Below, in pieces: positions 58,630 to 64,000 of a stretch of DNA of 64,000 nucleotides. The translations under genes and the position numbers were made by a program. The stretch is from Octopus sinensis (taxonomy: Eukaryota): the NCBI RefSeq assembly GCF_006345805.1, contig NC_043000.1, positions 61,132,001-61,196,000 on the forward strand, read 5' to 3'. The notes under the pieces were generated by a model. That model worked only from the letters and a program-made list of their open reading frames with translations, ran no database searches and had not been told where the DNA came from. Position 1 is the stretch's first letter. Every line of letters begins with the position of its first letter.

Positions 58630-58935
58630 TTTTTATCTTCATTTCACTAAATTTATCAAGCTTCTGTGTTTCTAGTACATACTTCGCCTTTAATGTACTT
58701 ATATATGAAAAATATATGGCCTGTGCTAGAAACACCAGCGATAATAATTAATTTTATTTTATCGCATTTTGAATTTGTTTACATATTTCTCGATAAATTT
58801 TGAGCGTTAGACTATATACCAGAAATCCCTAGTTTGTCGGGTTCGTTCTGCGTCTGCGCAGTGATCTGATTAGTTAGAAAGAGCAAATTAGTAGACGCAC
58901 ATGTGTCTATCGAGTTGCGCTTCATAATAACAGGA

Positions 58936-59010
58936 ATCTTACTGAAGAGCCTACCTGAGTAAATAAATATTATTTTTATTGATGAAAAAGGCGAAACTGC
59001 AGTCTAAGAT
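58936..59010 (+). ncRNA. Type I hammerhead ribozyme, copy 1
   Basis: Stem I ATCTTA (58936-41)/TAAGAT (59005-10); CTGAAGA 58942-48; stem II GCCT/AGGC; GAAA 58993-96; palindromic stem III ACTGCAGT; GUC triplet, predicted cleavage after 59004. Confidence 0.92.
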
Positions 59011-59334
59011 GAACAGAGTTAGTAAAAGTTTTTATCTTCATTTCACTATATTTGTCAAGCTTCTGTGTTTCTAGTACATACTTCGCCTTTAATGTACTTA
59101 TATATGAAAAATATATGGCCTGTGCTAGAAACACCAGCGATAATAATTAATTTTATTTTATCGCATTTTGAATTTGTTTACATATTTCTCGATAAATTTT
59201 GAGCGTTAGACTATATACCAGAAATCCCTAGTTTGTCGGGTTCGTTCTGCGTCTGCGCAGTGATCTGATTAGTTAGAAAGAGCAAATTAGTAGACGCACA
59301 TGTGTCTATCGAGTTGCGCTTCATAATAACAGGA

Positions 59335-59409
59335 ATCTTACTGAAGAGCCTACCTGAGTAAATAAATATTATTTTTATTGCTGAAAAAGGCGAAACTGCA
59401 GTCTAAGAT
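59335..59409 (+). ncRNA. Type I hammerhead ribozyme, copy 2
   Basis: Same motif: CTGAAGA 59341-47, GAAA 59392-95, predicted cleavage after C59403. Confidence 0.92.
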
Positions 59410-59732
59410 GAACAGAGTTAGTAAAAGTTTTTATCTTCATTTCACTAAATTTATCAAGCTTCTGTGTTTCTAGTACATACTTCGCCTTTAATGTACTTAT
59501 ATATGAAAAATATATGGCCTGTGCTAGAAACACCAGCGATAATAATTATTTTATTTTATCGCATTTTGAATTTGTTTACATATTTCTCGATAAATTTTGA
59601 GCGTTAGACTATATACCAGAAATCCCTAGTTTGTCGGGTTCGTTCTGCGTCTGCGCAGTGATCTGATTAGTTAGAAAGAGCAAATTAGTAGACGCACATG
59701 TGTCTATCGAGTTGCGCTTCATAATAACAGGA

Positions 59733-59807
59733 ATCTTACTGAAGAGCCTACCTGAGTAAATAAATATTATTTTTATTGCTGAAAAAGGCGAAACTGCAGT
59801 CTAAGAT
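59733..59807 (+). ncRNA. Type I hammerhead ribozyme, copy 3
   Basis: Same motif: CTGAAGA 59739-45, GAAA 59790-93, predicted cleavage after C59801. Confidence 0.92.
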
Positions 59808-59972
59808 GAACAGAGTTAGTAAAAGTTTTTATCTTCATTTCACTAAATTTATCAAGCTTCTGTGTTTCTAGTACATACTTCGCCTTTAATGTACTTATAT
59901 ATGAAAAATATATGGCCTGTGCTAGAAACACCAGCGATAATAATTAATTTTATTTTATCGCATTTTGAATTT

Positions 59973-60028
<56 letters not shown>

Positions 60029-60925
60029 CTTTCACAACAATTAATCATAGAATATATATTATGGCGGTGAATTAGGAGAAGAATAGATGCCTGATTAAAT
60101 GTTTTGCTAAATAGGACTCAACTTTGCTTTATATCTTTCCAATATATAATTGTGAAACAAATACTAGTGCCGATTGAATATAAATGTATGACTTTGTGCA
60201 TAAAAGTTTTAAAATATATTTCTTTTGATGAAAATTCGGATATATTTAGTTACGTTTATTTAGAAATGCAAATCTGGAAATACAATTTATGATTGGAATA
60301 TCGACTTCCACCAATATTTAGGGACCCCTTTAAAATATCCAGACTGGTCTACTGAAACAGTTTAAATTATATATGTATTTGGTTTTGAGTATATCATAGT
60401 GAAGATCAAGTGAAAACTAAAAAAAGTGAACTAAGCAAACGAATATATAAAAGGGAGAAAAATACTTTGATAGAAGTATCTAAGTGATTTGTTTCATGTT
60501 TTACGTTGTATTCACGTCTTTTATATTGCAGAGATAAGCAATTTATCAGCTATAGTTGTAATACATCTATAGAGAGAGGAGTTTGGGAACTGAAATAAAA
60601 TCCAAAGCTATAATTATGTTTGAGATGTAAGAAGCAATAAACGTTTGTGTACAGGTTGAATCCGTACAAGGTACATCAAGGAAGGACTGCAACAATTTAT
60701 TTTTCTGAATACTTCTCAAGACATTTGTAATGCATAATTTTGGTTGAGTGTGGGCTGCAAGTCAAGAGCCAGTAGTAGTGCTACAATAAATTTGCAATGC
60801 TATCACTGAGTTGTAGTTTTTACATTTCAGAGTAATAAGAATGTATCCGAACATCATACGACAAGAGGAATCATCCCGTCATAGGTATATAAAAACAAGT
60901 AACATGAATAATAATAATAATAATG

Positions 60926-60967
<42 letters not shown>

Positions 60968-60974
60968 TAATACG

Positions 60975-61130
60975 TACAGTTTATTTATTACCCAGGACGT
61001 AAGTGAAAGCAGGGTATTGTAATCACTCGTCTTTGTTTGTGTGTTTGCAAAATTATTGGAAAACGCTCATTGGGTGAATGGCTCGAAATGATGAAAATTT
61101 GGTTTCATTAGATTATCTTCAAACATACAT
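60975..61130 (+). mobile_element. Possible Helentron/DINE-like 5' end
   Basis: TTATTACCC..GGGTATTGTAATCACTCGTCTTTGTTTGTGTG..GAAAATTTGG resembles recalled starts of this class; motif resemblance only. Confidence 0.3.
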
Positions 61131-62524
61131 ACATAGATATGCGACTGTGTATTTGTGTGTGTACAATGATGGGTTCTAGTGTTTCGTTTATTTACGAGTT
61201 GATTTCTTAATTTCACCGGTGTATAAATACCTATAATGGTGATGCTTAAAAAAACTAAACAAAATCGAACTTACAAAGCTTATATCAGTTCAGTTAAAAG
61301 CATGGGTAAGCAAGGCATTGTAAGTCATACTATAATGTGTGAAAAAATTTATCAGCACGCTGGGTACGCATCGCCACTTCTTTATTTTCCTTTATTTATT
61401 TATTCAGTACTTCCTGTATAACTTTTCTTTATTGCCGATGTTTTTGATTTCTCAGTATTTTAATGAATGTAATATGTGCCTGTTAATATGTGTGAAATGT
61501 CTAATTTCAGAAGTGCGCTTATTTCACAGGTGACTTTATTTAAGAGGGTATGTTAAAATTGAAGCAGCTGCATGGTAGAAGATTCGTTTTAGGTATGTTC
61601 TCAGCTTGAATTGACGCTTTTACAAGGAAATGTTTTGAAGTACGGGAAAAGAGAAAAACAATAGCAATGAAATAAATGAAATGAAAAGGAAGTAAATTTA
61701 ACTAATTTAAAAACTTAAACAGAATTTTAGAAAGAGTGTTAGTCGGTAAAGCGCATTGTGGCTGAAGGAGAAGGAAATTATTGACGAGATAATTGAAAAT
61801 GTACTGAAGGATTAAATTCATTGAAATTAGCTTGAATGTTAAGATTAATTATGACTTCCAGTGTAATTAGGTACTAAGTGTTAAATTGAAATGAAATATA
61901 AAAAAAAAAACTAACTAGGTTTTTCGAAGCAACCAGAGGAAATGGGATAAAATACAGAGGAACAATGATAACTTGGGTGCAATTTCTAAAATATTGAATA
62001 ATAAGAGGGTTCGACCAATATTACTTTCACTATCTATGGAACGTATATTTGTACATAAAAATTCAAGGAAATGGGTTATTGGGCTCAATGGAATTAAAAT
62101 CAGTAAACGTAAGAATTGTTGTACAACTGTTTCAAATAAACATTATATAATACGTGCGAAATACGTATTTAACGATAAAGATTTGAGAAAGAACCTCGGA
62201 TTTAGAGTTACTGACTAGTATTCAGGTATCTCGCAAAAGATATAGATTTGCAGACTAAATATTTTCTGTTAGGCGATTAGTAACAGTTCTTTAAGTACTG
62301 ATTTCAAATACTGAAGAGGTGATAAAGTAAATACTAGTAGAGAATGTTGTCGATATAAGATATAATCCTTTAGAATTTCTAGCCTTGTGCTGATATATGA
62401 GACTAGTATTATGCTTTCTATATTTACATACATACATACATACATATATATATATATGCATATATGTTTATGTATCTATATATGTATATATGTATATATG
62501 TATATATATACGTATATATATATA

Positions 62525-62565
<41 letters not shown>

Positions 62566-62581
62566 TATATATATTTATATA

Positions 62582-62614
<33 letters not shown>

Positions 62615-64000
62615 ATACACACACACACGCACATATATGTATATATATATATACACGCACACACGCATACAATTAGTTTCACACGCACAAACACACACAT
62701 ACACAATCAGTTTCTGAGACACACACGTCAGGTACATATGCGTGCGTGATATATATGTGTTTATGTACGCGTTCGCTCCACGACATTCTTTTAATAACCT
62801 GAAAACATATTGAGAATATTGTAACTGGGCAGCAAAGTTACCTTGAGACAATTAGTGGTTATTCAATTACAAAAGATGTCACAATAGCATATGAGCCATC
62901 ATATCACACACGATTTCAATCTAATTTATCTGCAAATCCTAAACTAAAGTGCCAGAATTGCGAAGATTAATTGACAGATTGTCACTTGTAGCCCTTTTAT
63001 ATCGGAATTGAAACGAATGCAACTGCATGATTTCTATGACAACATCTAATTTTTAATGGATACATTCCTGCCTAACAGCATGTTCTACACCTTTCTCTCT
63101 CTCTCGTTTTTTAGGTTCATGGCTGTTGCTGTCATGATAACAGAAAACTGGACTCTATGTTTGATTATATGCAACTGGATTTCTTTTGTTTCGGAATTCA
63201 AGTCACAATAAAATCAGTTTATCTTTATTTTATGGTTGCCTGAAATAAAATAGCTGCAAGTAATACACTAAATATGCTTTGCGGTATTTCTTCTGGAACC
63301 CAGTATTCTGAATAAAAATCCGCCAACTTGCCTAAAATATGCAGCCTCACCAATCTGCTGGTCTTGTGTGGCGAATGAGGCAAATTCCTTAAACAGAGGT
63401 AAATATCAAAGAGATGTTGCCCGGCAGGGTCGTGAGAGGGATTCATTCTGTTAATATCCTTCTGGTATATAATGCGCGAGACTAATAATGACCCAAATCG
63501 ATATAAGCCAAATATTATGTGAAAAGAAAAGAAGTCTATAATCTATGTGGTGTTACATACTGTGGGTAGTGATCTTTGGTCTGGAGCCATTAGCAAACTT
63601 AGGAATTATAAGAAGATTTTTGGATACATTCGCCTGAGTCTTGAGCTTCGTCTTTATCATATATATGTTTTTACTTTTCAATACAGTTGTTCCTTAAATT
63701 GAACCCGTGCCAGTGTAAATCATCGATATCTTTAATCAATAGTATGATGCATTCTACTCTAAATGGTTCACTTTTATTCAGTGTCATTTATCCGAAACCT
63801 TTGTGTAGTCACATGTTATAGTACGTAACCATGCCAGTGAAGTTACGTACGTTTTGTATGCGTGTTTTATTTCAACATTAATGTATAATGTTTGTTCTAA
63901 GACTATTTGATCTTCAACTGTGTTGTCCAGCATAATGTGGAGAATTAAACATTATCGTGAAACATAATTGTATGTGCTTTAATATATATACACATTACAT

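Larger units (their letters stand above)
58625..59977 (+). mobile_element. Tandem array of ~399-bp hammerhead-containing units (3 full + 1 partial); putative non-LTR retrozyme
   Basis: Units start with AAAAGTTTTTATCTTC at 58625, 59024, 59423 and 59821 (periods 399, 399, 398). Copies differ by a few substitutions and one 1-bp deletion. Flanked by (TA)n at 58596-58624 and 59976-60027. Each full unit has a complete hammerhead. Confidence 0.9.

Noticed and set aside
58625-59977. Reading the array as a CRISPR or as a pure assembly expansion
   Set aside because: There are no unique spacers and the units are 399 bp. Unit-specific substitutions argue against a simple duplication artefact, though read support is still needed.
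63117-63240. Strong splice-acceptor-like site TTTTTTAG|GTTC
   Set aside because: Downstream frames are short and unrecognisable; needs RNA-seq.

Overview
This is AT-rich, microsatellite-saturated eukaryotic non-coding DNA. The SINE families resemble those I recall from Octopus genomes, so the host is an inference. I can support no host protein-coding gene; nearly all listed ORFs are translated microsatellites. Recognisable coding remnants are decayed transposons: Tc1/mariner transposases and RTE, Jockey-like and R4/Dong-like reverse transcriptases. The main discovery is at 58625-59977, a (TA)n-flanked tandem array of about 3.4 x 399-bp units. Each complete unit carries an intact type I hammerhead ribozyme (ATCTTA-CTGAAGA-GCCT..AGGC-GAAA-CTGCAG-TC^TAAGAT) with a palindromic stem III. 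This is the architecture of a non-LTR retrozyme predicted to yield ~399-nt self-cleaved, possibly circular, RNAs. Several unrelated hammerhead-like motifs occur at ~2.2, 9.1, 24.2/24.4, 46.2 and 49.9 kb. Most lie in microsatellite-flanked local inverted duplications whose junctions fall at or near the ribozyme, which is reminiscent of Penelope-like element termini. All coordinates and pairings were read by eye; none of the ribozymes has been tested.
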